Shown here: positions 52,294 through 64,000 of the stretch, piece by piece | Numbering within the stretch: the first letter of the stretch is position 1 | How the letters are laid out: each line of letters begins with the position of its first letter | Program-made: the position numbers and the translations under genes | NCBI GenBank assembly: GCA_964016885.1 | Contig: OZ024742.1 | Span: 145,638,001 to 145,702,000, forward strand | From: Eledone cirrhosa | Taxonomy: Eukaryota | DNA length: 64,000 nt | Direction of reading: 5' to 3' | Notes under the pieces: generated by a model | What the model saw: the letters and a program-made list of their open reading frames with translations, nothing else | What the model was told of the DNA's origin: nothing | Databases searched by the model: none

Positions 52294-54713
52294 AATGCAC
52301 TGTGGGTGACATACGGTGTCATAAGAGTAACCTCCCCTTAATAGATATGCAGTGTCAAGGGAAACAACTCATAAAAATTATTAGTGTGTTAAAGATTAAA
52401 TAGATATCAATTTTAGTTATGTTCTCTCTATGAAAAAGAGGCAAGAAAATTACAATGAATTTCCACAGCAGTCCATATCAAAATACTTTTGAAAATCATG
52501 AAATTGTGAAACCAGTTAAGTTTATGTAATTAAATCTTCTTAAAGATCAAAGGGTACATCCTGTTGAATGAAAGTTTAATCATTAGAGTGGATGGGGATG
52601 AGCAATCTGGGTGCTGTTAGAAGTACATAAGAAGAGGGAGTGGGAGGGGTTGCCAACTCAATGATAGTAAGAACTGGTATGGAGTGAGATAAGGAAGTGT
52701 GTAAGAAAGGAGAGTAGGGGAACTGGAGGGAGAAAGGAGAGATTATGTGTGTATGTAGAAATGTACAAGCAGTTACCTATCCATTTAACAGTAGGGGGTT
52801 GTGTGTAGTTATGTATATAGAGTAATGTGTATGTGAGAATTTAGTAATTATGTTTGTGTGATATGTTCAGTCTAATAGCCATAACTATATGCTGCAAAAC
52901 GTTTTGTCTGACGCTCTACCAATTACTGCAAATTCATCACAAATTAATAAAACTCACCCAGAAACATCTTTTTCAGATTGTCTCATATATTCTTTATTAC
53001 ATATATATAATTTATGTTACATGATGTTGAAGCCTGTAATTTATTAAAGTTTTGTAATAAAAGGTTTATGATTAATACCAATAAAACTATAATATTAATT
53101 CTTTAAGTCTTTTCTTTTACTGGTTTCAGTCATTCAAATGTGGCCATACTGGGGCTCTGCCTTGGTTTATTTAGTCAATCATATTGACCCCAGCACTTAT
53201 AATCACAGATTTCTGCAACTCCTGTCTACAAAATTCCAGTATGTAAGTCAGTCGTCAACCCAAGAAGACACTTGCCTAAGGTGCCATGTAGCAGGAATGA
53301 ACTCAGAAACTCTTCAACCATACAACCATGCCTGCTCCTATATCGTTTATTACCATCATTAGCATATCCCCAGAGAGGAGCTGATGTAGGAGCACAAGTA
53401 AAAAGAAACTGTGCTGGAAAAGATACATTCAACCCCTGCAAGCATGGTAAAACAGATGTAAAAATAATGATGATGATCATCATCATCGTCATGTGTCATA
53501 ATGACAACTTTATAACTGAGGTTATGAAAATAAAAATTATTCAAATGTAACAATAAAATATGATAAATATTTTTTTAAATATACTATATAAAATTTTCAT
53601 AATTTTGCATTGATAATTTGTAAAGGAGAAGATTTAATTTAATGTTTGAATATATATTTTTGGTGGCAGTGTAATTTTAATTTGATATTTTGTAGCATTA
53701 GATAAAGTTCTATACTACATGGAAATTTGCTTGGAATTTTCAGCAACTTTTGGTAAGCATTACAGTGACCAAAACTTAAGAATATTTCCTGATCTGTTTT
53801 GGGTAGTAAGATACATTTGTAGCTCTATTTCAAAGTATCACAAGTAACCTGCAAAAGCTAGCAAAGTCAAAGTTAAAACATGTTTTACTTGCATCCATTA
53901 TGATTATATTTATATTTACTAAGCTATCTAATTAGCAGTTGGGGAGGATGCACTGAAAGTGTGATAGTTAGGATGAGAACAGGCTGGAAGAAGTTTAGAG
54001 AGCTGATAACTCTGCTGACAAGAGAGTGTTCTTCAGTTGGGACTATGATCAACAACCTTGCTAGTAATGGTGCCAAGAAACGAGCCCAGTATGTAGTTGT
54101 AGTCCGGTATTTCCTAAAATAACAGGCCAAAAGCAACATCAAAGCTGGTCGTGATAAATAGTCAAATAATAATATAAATATCTAGAGACAAATATAATCT
54201 GAATGTAGATGACGAAAATAGAAACAATCCCTACATGGTCCCTGGGAATGATAACTAAACATTCAGACAGATACATAACAAAAACTCCAGTGCTTACAAA
54301 TATATATAGTATACAGAAAATAGCACTATTAGGCATTACATACATATTACAAAGAGTGTATTCAATATAATAGAAACAACACTGCACATACCCAAGTTGT
54401 ACAGAGTTGTCTTTAGTGATGCAGTAACACCATGCAATGAAAATAAGGTATATAGGAATTAAGTGATCTTATTTGATATCAATAAAGATATTATACACAT
54501 TGTCATATGTAATATAAAGATATCTAATAAAGTTATAACAACAAGGCATATACTTATATATCAATGAAGATATTAAACATATATGTAATATAAATATATC
54601 TAATAAAGTTATAACAACACTAAAGTAATATATTATATCAAGAAACATATTAAACATAGTATATGTGGTACAAAGATATCTCTGGGAAAGTTATAACAAC
54701 TTTGAAATAATAG

Positions 54714-54823
54714 TTAGTACTTTGTACTAAACAATGTAGACTGCTTATCAAATTTGTCACATTCCACTTGGAATCTCTCATCTTGAGAAACAGTGAACCA
54801 GTTCTTCCAGTCTCCAATAACAC
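54714..54823 (-). CDS. Sulfotransferase copy B, exon 5
   Basis: Identical by eye to 24477-24586; AG acceptor; TAA. Confidence 0.92.
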
Positions 54824-54959
54824 CTGAAAAATACAAAAAAAACCTTAGTGTAAGACTTCATGTCTATAATAATTAGAAAGTGTTTATTTATACCTTATAT
54901 AACAAAGTTATAACAACAAGGCATATACTTATATATCAATGAAGATATTAAACATATTA

Positions 54960-55295
54960 TAGAGGTTCAAAGACTGCGTGAAGTCCAGTATCAACAACAC
55001 TGGAATCGCCCCAAAACAACTCGAGTCCCATGCTCAGGACAGGACTGAGTGGCGAGCCCTTACCAAACGCGCCAAGGACTTTTTTGAAGAGAAGAGACGG
55101 GCAGAGGTCAGTGAGGCCCGTGAAAGGAGGAGAAAGGCATCAACAGCTGCCCCAAGCGACTCTGGTCTCTTCCCCTGGCCCCACTGTCCCCAGACCTGCA
55201 AGTCAAGTATCGGCCTCCACAGCCACCTTCGAGCCCATGGCAGAGGGGAACTAAATTAAAGAAGATGTCATCATCGTTCACGATGGACAACCAAG
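54960..55295 (+). mobile_element. 3' fragment of a different RTE-type LINE with a C-terminal C2H2-like finger
   Basis: RFKDCVK...AQDRTEWR...FPWPHCPQTCKSSIGLHSHLRAH; absent at the paralogous site ~24668. Confidence 0.8.
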
Positions 55296-55539
55296 ATATA
55301 ACAAAAAAACAATTATCATTTGGTATGATATTCCATGCAGTAATGTTGTTAATGCCAAATGTTTTTAAAGTGATACAAAAAATGTTTCTAAGGCTCCATA
55401 ATGTGGCTGAAGATGAGAATGTCAACAGATGGATAATAATTATGAGTAATTATGTTACAGTATTTTGTAGCTGTGTCTTTGTTTATATTAGATTGTCATT
55501 TTACTTCTCTAATGCTAAGTCAGATTTATTCTACAATTA

Positions 55540-56240
55540 TGGGCATTACGGTCAGCAGTGATTTGCGTTGGACGAAGCACGTCTCTAAAATTGTCAAGAG
55601 GGCCGAGGGTGTCTTAGCATCACTCAGCAAGACCTTTGTCAGCCGCTCTCCAGATATCTATTTAAGGCTGTACATGGCTATGGTGCGACCACATTTAGAA
55701 TTTGCATCACCAGTCTGGAACCCCTATCTTGCTCAGAACATTGACCGCCTGGAAACTGTTCAGAGACGTGCAACCAAGCGAATACCCTCCATCAGGCATC
55801 TACCATACTCTGAGCGCCTTGCTTCCCTGGGCATGGATACATTGAAGCTCCGACACCTGGCAACTGACTTGGTAAACACCCACAAAATTGTTAACCATGT
55901 TGCCAACAACAACCCTGAGCACCTTTTTGATTTCCATGTGTCTAACACACGTGGACATGCCCACAAAGTAAGAAAACAGCACAGTTCCCATGACTTTCGG
56001 AAACATTTTTTCACGCTCAGAGTTACTGAAGCATGGAACAAACTACCTGCATCAGTTGTTAGCTGTTGAGACACTGCATCCTTTAAGGCCTCCATGCTTC
56101 CCGAGATCCGCCAACACTTCAGCTAACACATACACACATGTACTTCCCTGACATTTGTGTATTATTCTATGTACTATACATACACCTTTGACAAGTTGTA
56201 GTGCACCTGAGCACTTTACACAATAATTTCATTATTATTT
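55540..56240 (+). mobile_element. 5'-truncated CR1/L2-group LINE
   Basis: GITVSSDLRW..H, LYMAMVRPHLEFASPVWNP, LETVQRRATK, NTRGH, FFTLRV..WNKLP; ATT-rich tail. Confidence 0.88.
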
Positions 56241-56285
56241 ATTTATTAATTAAGATACATCAAAGAGAAAGAATTGTTGAAAATA

Positions 56286-57342
56286 TTGTATATACTCGAA
56301 TATAAGCTGGAAATATGTGATTTACATCGATGGTAAAATGGGTTAGCTTATATTCGGAATCAATATTTTGACGATTTTCACCAATTTCAAATTCTACGTA
56401 AATAAGGTGCTAACATATCTGGAGTGAATATTTCACAATGAGACACTGTTTTTCTACATTTGCTACAGCGCCGTTGTTATTTATGCATTCCTTTGAAAAT
56501 ATTTCCACATATTTTATAATTTTAACTTTTTAATACATAAATAACCCATGCACATACACTCATGCACATGCACGCATGCACACATACACACATGTTGCAC
56601 ATACACACATGTACACGTGCACATACACACATGTACACGTGCACATACACACATGTACACGAGCACATACACACATGTACACGTGCACATACACACGTTT
56701 TTCTTTCAATTTTCTTTATGATTTTATCTTATTCCTCTCACTCTCTCTCCCTTCTCGCTCTCACTCTCTCTTTTTCTCGCTCTGCCTCCCCTCACTCTCA
56801 CTTGCTGTCTCCCCTTTTCTCTTCTACTCTATGAATCCCTATACAAAGTTCTCTTATCTTATTCAATATTTTGCTTTCAAAGTACTCCTAGCATGTGAAC
56901 GACCAGAAGTAAACAAACATTTGAGAGAGTTGTTGAAACTTAACACAATTGTTTCTCCTTTTGGCACAAGGCCAGCAATTATCCCAGTGTATTACTGGTA
57001 CTTTATTTTATCGACGCCGTAAGGATGAAAGGCAAAGTTGACCTCGGCGAGATTTGAACTCAGAACATAAAGAGCCGTGACTCTATGCTGCAAAGCATGG
57101 CGTCCAACCCTCTACCGATACTGCTGTAACAGAGTCTTAAAAACATTTTAAATATCAAAATATTAAAACTTCATAAATATATTTTATGCTCATGAAAATT
57201 TCAAAACCAGGTCATCTAAACATAATGTGTTGAATAGTTGGCTTGGCTTACAAAATGGGTTTGGATTTTTGCCTAGTTGTCAGACATAAAATAGAGGGGT
57301 CAGTTTATATTCGGATTGACTTACAGTCAGGTATATATGGTA
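56286..57342. mobile_element. pogo/Tigger-like non-autonomous DNA element containing microsatellite and SINE
   Basis: Ends GTATATACTCGAATATAAGC and GACTTACAGTCAGGTATATATGGTA, with subterminal TTATATTCGGA repeats. Confidence 0.45.
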
Positions 57343-57408
57343 AGTTTAATATGTGTCGAAATGGTGACAGGAGAATTAAATGAGAAATCTAAATCCAAGA
57401 AACCCTAC

Positions 57409-57568
57409 CTTTACGATAAAGAGACTCCTCAGCAGATCTAAGGGGATCATCAGGTTTTACTGCCTTCATTTTGGAAAAAGCACATTTGTCGACAATATCT
57501 TTAAACAGCTGGTCATTATTGGGAAGATCTAGAAATTCAGCTACTTTAGCCACATTACTTACTGGATC
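57409..57568 (-). CDS. Sulfotransferase copy B, exon 4
   Basis: DPVSNVAKVAEFLDLPNNDQLFKDIVDKCAFSKMKAVKPDDPLRSAEESLYRK; AG/GT boundaries; 160 nt, frame kept. Confidence 0.92.
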
Positions 57569-57604
57569 CTAAAATAAATATGAAAAATACAAACTATTTC
57601 AATT

Positions 57605-57898
57605 GGAAAATATGCATAAAGAGTGAAAAACCGCGAATATTGGTTGTGGTCCATAAAAATGCCTGTAAACGTTAAAACATAACGTAAAATATAGGCCAGC
57701 AAATACGGTATATTGTTATTAATAATTTAGCATTAAAAAGTGTGAAAAAATATATATTGCCACGAAAAGCCGTTAAAAAGTCGAGGAAGATATTTACGAT
57801 TCTGCGAATATGTGATGGTTTCCATGAACAATTATTAGTTAGGTTCAAAGGAAAATTTTGCAAGTAATTGGGACCGTGAATACCAGGGCTACACTGTA
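57605..57898. mobile_element. Tigger-like DNA element end
   Basis: Repeated (CC)GCGAATA motifs, terminus ...CACTG-TA. Confidence 0.35.
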
Positions 57899-60042
57899 TA
57901 TACATGGACAGTTCAATATAACATAGATTATTGGTTATCTCAGAAGTACTAACATAAATAATTGTTTCTACTTTAGGATCAAGGCCAGCAATTTGAAGGG
58001 ATAGGGGAAAGTCAATTAATTCGACCCAAGTGCTTTACTAGTGCTTTATTTTATCAACCCTGTAAGGATGGGAGGCAAAGCTAACTTCAGAACGTAAAGG
58101 GTCATAACTCTATGCTGAAAAGCATGGTGTCTGACGCTTTACCAATTAGCTGACATTACTCCACTTGATATTGAAAAACATATTGCCACTAAAGCTGTAA
58201 AGCAAAAGCAGATGTTTTATGAAAGACATTATATAGATATCAACAAATATGAAAAAGAACCCAAAATCTGGAGAGGCACAGTTGAAATATTTGTCCTTTT
58301 TTCTTGAAAATTTCAGCTAGGATATTGACAATACAAATTGAACTTCTACAAAGGTCAGGGTCCTAGTGAATGTAGAAGGCTGTATTGTCCAACAGCATCT
58401 TTATCGACTTTATGATAGCAATTTAAGAGGTGTTTCTAGAGTTTCTTCCATTGTTGGTTAACATCTTCATTTGTTTTTATGAGAGTTGTATTCTCTTAAC
58501 TTCAAAATGATGCCTATCTCTCCATTGAAGGATTGCATATGGCTTTCATGGCATTAAAGAAGCCTATGCTATAATAACTGTTCACCAGGCATTGGATTTC
58601 TTTAGCCTTAGCCTTCCACCATCAGTCTTTTAGTAATTAGGTTGCTGCTCAAAGAATGTCAGATCAGCTAGAAAAATGTTCTTTGCTCTCTACTTCTCTT
58701 CAAGTGTTGAAGCTCCTCATAATTGTCATTGAAACAATTTTGATGTTTTCTTGTCTGTGAGCCAATGGTTTGTTCACATGTTGAAATGGTAGCATTCTTA
58801 AACAAGCTCCAGTGTTCTTTGACTGATGTATTAAGTATTCAATGGGAAATTTTTACAATTTTTTGAGACTTGATAATAATGTAATCGATCAAGTGCTTTT
58901 GTTTAATTCCCAGATGTTGTCAAGATGCCTTGCAATAATGTTTCTGTAAAAAAGAAAATGATGTCAGTAATAGCAAGGATCTTGTTTAACATTCTTTGTT
59001 AGAAGAATGGTCCAGTTAGAATTGAGATTTCCAACACCTTTCTCCAATAGCTCAATTCCCTCCCTATTCTTGTGTTTAATTCCCAAGGAGTACAGTTTTT
59101 CCTCCTTTAGAATGTTGAAAATAATGGAATCCAACTAAACAGAATAGTTTCATCCCAATTGTCATTAGTGTCATGAGCTGGAGCATATATGTACTGATGA
59201 CATATGAATACTGGTTTAAAAAAAGGGGAGGTCACAAAATCATCAACTATTCATTGACACCAATAGAGAGCTCTGCCATCTCAGGGAAAATATGTTCTTG
59301 ATAGCGAGTTCCACATCATATTTTCAAGATTTGTTAAGATATTCTTTCTAGAAGAAAGTGTAGTTTTTTTCATTCCTTCAGCTCTAATTTTACTTTTCTG
59401 GTCTCCATGAGAGAGACAATGTTCAGGTTGAGTTGTCTTTGTTCTTAAGCAATTATATTTATTCTCTCACTAGTCTATCACTCTGAGTCGATTGCTGTAA
59501 AACTTAAAGATACTTTCTCGGATTATCATCAATGTTGGGAGATTCCTGTACATAGGCAGAGAGATTTGACTTTTTGAGCAGCAAGGCCTCAGAAAAATGG
59601 TTGGTGTGGAGCTAAGAGGAGGACATATGTCTAATGAGAGTAATGAGTGAGTTGGGTGGCCCTGAGTGCATGTGGCACTAGTTCTAGTGAGCAATGACCA
59701 CTGTAGTATTGCCAGATATAGTTAATGAGGAGACAGAATGTCTGGTCTAGATGTTGGATTGAGTTTGTGAATAACTCCATTCTAATCATTCAAGTGGCTT
59801 TTCTCAGGATGTATTCTAGGATGACTCTATATGTAGCAGAATCACTGTCCCAGATGTGGGAATAATATTCCATTGTGAATATTACTTGTGTATTGTAGAG
59901 AATTAGTAATTGTTTGGTTTGGTAGTATTTTCTGGTTCTGAAATGAAAAGTCAGTCTTTGTAATGCAGTTTTTGTTGTGATTAAAGAGTGATAATATATT
60001 CTTTAAATAAACCAAAAATAAGAATAATTAAAGGAATTTCAC

Positions 60043-60146
60043 CTTTTTAAGATCTTCATATTTAACTATTAGTATGGGTAGTTCAGGATAGTTTTTAATA
60101 TCTTTCTCCCATTTTAGCATATATTCAAACCAATTACCAAAATTCA
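60043..60146 (-). CDS. Sulfotransferase copy B, exon 3 (exons 1-2 presumably right of the window)
   Basis: VNFGNWFEYMLKWEKDIKNYPELPILIVKYEDLKK; AG/GT boundaries; 104 nt. Confidence 0.92.
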
Positions 60147-60379
60147 CTGAAACAATAAAACATTGATTCTTACAGAATTGAAGTTGGATGACATTTTTAG
60201 TGATTATATTTCAACTCGGTGGAGGTGGGGCAAGGGAATAAGAGTGTTCAGAAAAGAGTCTATTACATTGTTATATGATATAAACACTACATTTCATGGG
60301 AATTCCTATAAAACAATCTGCTGAAGATGACAAACCAGGCCGTGGCTGGAGCAAGACCCCAGAAAGATAGAAAGTGATA

Positions 60380-62160
60380 TGGTGGTTAAATAGCAGGGCA
60401 GATAATCATAATAACTAAGAGACAGACCTGGAAGGACTGTAAAAATGGAGGAAGCAGACTGCAATACAAAATATCTAGCAGATAGGCTAGGCACCAGGTA
60501 TACTTAGCAAGAGGAGAAGCAGAAAAGAAGACATTTGTACCTGTCCTACACTGTGAGAATCAGAGGCATAAAGTGTGTTGGATTGGAAGACAGTTTGCTA
60601 AAGAAAATCAAGACATTGTTGGAGAAAAGTGTGTTTGAACTGAATAAAAGTGGAGCATTTGCTCTAACTGATGCCAAATAGAAAGAGTCATAGACGTTTT
60701 ATTATGAGAGATTTTTTAACAAAGGGAAAAAATGAGAAAGTGAAGACCTGCCCAGAACAATCAACTGAGGAACCAATCAAAAAGGTTAACAACAGTATGG
60801 TAGGCAAAGTGATTAAGGATATGAAAACAAGGAAGGCAGCTGAACCATCCAATAAAGTTGATGAAAGGCTAAAAACATCCAGCATGGCAGGTTGCTAGCT
60901 AGTCAGGCACATAATCAATCAAGTAGTACAGGAAAGTGTCATACCCAATGACTAGTGCAGCAGTGTCCTTGTAAACTGCTACAAGAGAAAAAGAGATGCA
61001 TTGGAGAGGTAAATGCAGAAGAATCAAGTTGATGAACCAGGTCATGAAAGTTATTGAAGGAGTTATAGCATAACTAGTTAAGGAAATGAGATGCAGTTTG
61101 GCTTTATATCAGGAAGAGCTGCTACTGATGCCTTCTTCCTTATGAGACAACTGTAGAAGTATTTAGCTAAAAGTAAGTCGTTCTACCTGGCATTTGCAGA
61201 TCTGAAGAAAGACTATGTCAAGGTAGCTCCCTGCTCCGTAGTTAGGAGGATTCTTGTGAAGCTTGGTGTATACAAATGGCTTGTGAGGGTCATACAAGTC
61301 ATGATTAGAAGTGCAGCCAGCAAGGTAAGAGGTTATAATGATTAGAGTGATGAATTTGGAGTGCAGGTGGAGATGTTCCCCAAAGTTCAGTCCTCAATCC
61401 ACTTCTGTTTATCAATATTCTTCAGGCCATAACAAAGGAGTTCAATATTGACTGTCCATAAGAACTCCTGTATGCTGGTGACCTGGTTCTTATACCTGAA
61501 TCCAGAGAAGAGTTAGATGCAAAATTCAAGACATGGAAAAAACCTAGAATCGAAGGGATTGAAAGTAAACTTAGCAAATACTAAAGTCTTAATAAGTAGG
61601 AAAGAAGATATGACTCTGATACTGTCAGAGAAATGACCTAGTCAAAATATTGAAAAGAGGTGGGCAGAAATTCCATAAGGTGCACACAGTATAATCTATG
61701 TATACACAGGACATGTAGTAGAATTACAAGCAGGTTGACAGAGAAGGTAGACATTGTATGCTACAGATATACAGGAGAAATAAGCACTAACAGTACATGG
61801 AAAATAGATTCTCTCAAATTCTCCAGGCAGTTTCCTAGAAATTGTTGACATCTTTTACTACTAAGGTGGCCTAAGCAGCAGTGAGCAAGGATGTTCACAG
61901 AGCATAGTAGCTAGAATAAGAATGAGAAAGAAGAAATTTAGAGAGCTAGTACCTCTGCTAACAACAAATGTTTCACTCTCAGAATGAAGGGTTGATTATA
62001 TAATTCATACATGTAAACTGTGATGCTACATGACAGTGAGACTCGAGCTTTGACTGCAAAAGACCTAAGAAGACTAGAAGTAAATAAAAAAATATGCTTC
62101 ATTAGATGCGTAGTGCCAGTGTGCACAAATGATGCAGTATAAGTGAACTGAGACAAACAC
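60380..62160 (+). mobile_element. Old, heavily degraded RTE LINE
   Basis: Remnants KVIKDMKTRKAAEPS, MQFGF, GRNSIRCT..CIHRTCS; many stops. Confidence 0.8.
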
Positions 62161-62279
62161 TTGTCAAAACTGTACCAAAAAGGGTTGAAAGAACTCTTCA
62201 GTAACATTACAAACATGACAACCTCTTTATACAATGAATCATACACTAGAGTGAAAGGGCAAAAAGATGTCATATCAGC

Positions 62280-64000
62280 AGAAGGAAGTGGAACAGATTC
62301 TTTTTCACATTGAGTTAGTCAAGTAGGTATGTTGTATTCTCCACAAAAATCTAATTTCTGATCAGAGTTGTGTGAGTGTGATTCGTGGGTTGCAGAGCTA
62401 TATAGAGAGGAATAAGAATTCCATAAGGTAAGTGATTTCCATTTCTACCACAAGCTATTTTGGTCTTGTTTCTTTCATTTGTTTTGGGTTTTTTTTGTAC
62501 AATCAATATGTCAACAAAAATAAAAGACAGTAGTGACGTCTTTATGCCATTTTCTGGTGAAGGAGATGTGGTGACCTAGATAAAGAAGATGAAGCTAGCA
62601 TTGAGAATGCAGAAGCTCAACCTGGTTTTTAATATTCAGAAAGGATCATGTTAGGCCTATATTTAAAGATGAATGAGATGCTAGACCGATTAGATGCATA
62701 GAAAATTGAAAGCTGATTAAAAGAATCATTCACACAAGGAGTATTCAAAGCATATAAGCAAAGTAGGAAGGATGGAATGGGTGAGAGACAGGTGGACATC
62801 TAAACGAATGAGATCAGAAGACTAACTGGGTTAGCCTGGCTTTCTGGAGGAGTAATGAAGAGAGTAGTGAAGTTGGTTTCTCTGATTATATATTGGTGAG
62901 GTTACAGTAGTTGCTGGGCATTGAAATGGTTACTATGGGTGAATTATGGGATAGAGCTAGGGTGTTGATGCAGAAAAACATGTAAGATTTTGCAACAGTT
63001 GCAACAGAAGAGTCTTGTAGAAGAGGGGAGGGGTAAGCAATAAGCAATGAAAACCAGAGAGCAGATTTATAACAGTCACAAACATTTAAGAGTCAGTGTT
63101 TCAGTGTTACTTTATCACCCTTTCCATATCTTCCATGTGGCAGAGAAATTGTAGTGGTATTAGCTGATAAGATACAGGGGCAAAACATACTGTCTGATCA
63201 AGCTGGAATTTCGGATAAACTCAACACCAAAAATCATGGCAATGGATGGATATCATGGCAATGGCATGGACATAAATGGATGGCTAAGCTGCATTGGGGC
63301 TCAAGCAGGGGCTTGAGCCCCAATGCAGCTTAGCCATCCATTTATTCTAGTAGTTTCATTGTCAATTGAATCTTTTTAGATGACTTATAATATCTGATGT
63401 TGACACCACTATCTTGTCCACTAAGATGTCATCTATTGGTGGTCTTTTTAATTTTCTCCACCTTTCCTAGGAGGGCCTTGAGAACCTTTGCCATGATTTT
63501 TGGTGTTGAGTTTATCCGAAATTCCAGCTTGATCAGACAGTATGTTTTGCCCCTGTATCTTATCAGCTAATACCACTACAATTTCTCTGCCACATGGAAG
63601 ATATAGATAATGACAAATAACGGAAGCTGGTGTTTTGGTGATGAAATGAGATTCTAGAACTGAGCAACAGCGTGAATAGGTGAGACTATTCTCAATGTGT
63701 GGGAAGCTGGTGAGCCACTACTCCATTGTGGTGTAGGTTTGAAAGGCATGGAGCCATGGCAAGAGCTGAACAGATAGAGTGAGCTGGGGTGATAAATTAG
63801 GAGAGAGGATAGTTGCCATGATGCAAGATATCTTGGAGAGGGTGAGAGTCTACTTGATGAGAAGAAGTTAGTATGTGCCTAAATCAGAAAAAGAGTTTCA
63901 TGGTGCCTTGCTAGTAGTACAGTAATATTTATTGGTTACTTTTGAAATTGGAGCTGTTGCTGTGTAGGATGCAAACAGGTTTAGGAAGAAGGATGGCTGT
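62280..64000 (-). mobile_element. Degraded LINE-like remnant containing nested inverted repeats
   Basis: Weak endonuclease/RT-like composition; family not resolved. Confidence 0.3.
63126..63603. repeat. Nested perfect inverted repeats (~117-bp arms enclosing a 35-bp-arm hairpin)
   Basis: 63126-63242 vs 63488-63603; 63272-63306 vs 63311-63345 with loop AGGG. Confidence 0.93.

Noticed and set aside
56514-57022. His/Thr- or Cys/Val-rich ORFs (also near 4800, 12400, 16018, 19100, 23250, 40000)
   Set aside because: Translations of (CA)n/(AT)n microsatellites.

Overview
AT-rich, microsatellite-dense eukaryotic (animal) DNA. The SINE and LINE content suggests a cephalopod, probably octopus (inference). 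The only host genes I can support form a minus-strand tandem cluster of cytosolic sulfotransferases (SULT1-like) in a ~28-31 kb repeated unit: one complete 5-coding-exon copy (32298-24477, 870 nt, 289 aa), exons 3-5 of a second copy (60146-54714) and exon 1 of a third (4338-4173). The rest is mostly mobile-element sequence: RTE-clade LINEs with a PHD-type zinc finger inside ORF2, Penelope-like elements (PLEs) with GIY-YIG endonuclease, two Gypsy remnants, a CRE-clade element, CR1/L2 fragments, mariner/pogo/piggyBac-type DNA elements, tRNA-derived SINEs and an 18 x 63-bp minisatellite. The most notable non-coding signal is a set of hammerhead-ribozyme motifs from several unrelated PLE terminal-repeat families. 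They sit next to (AT)n tracts and are repeatedly involved in fold-back inversions. All calls were read by eye; no searches or folding were run.
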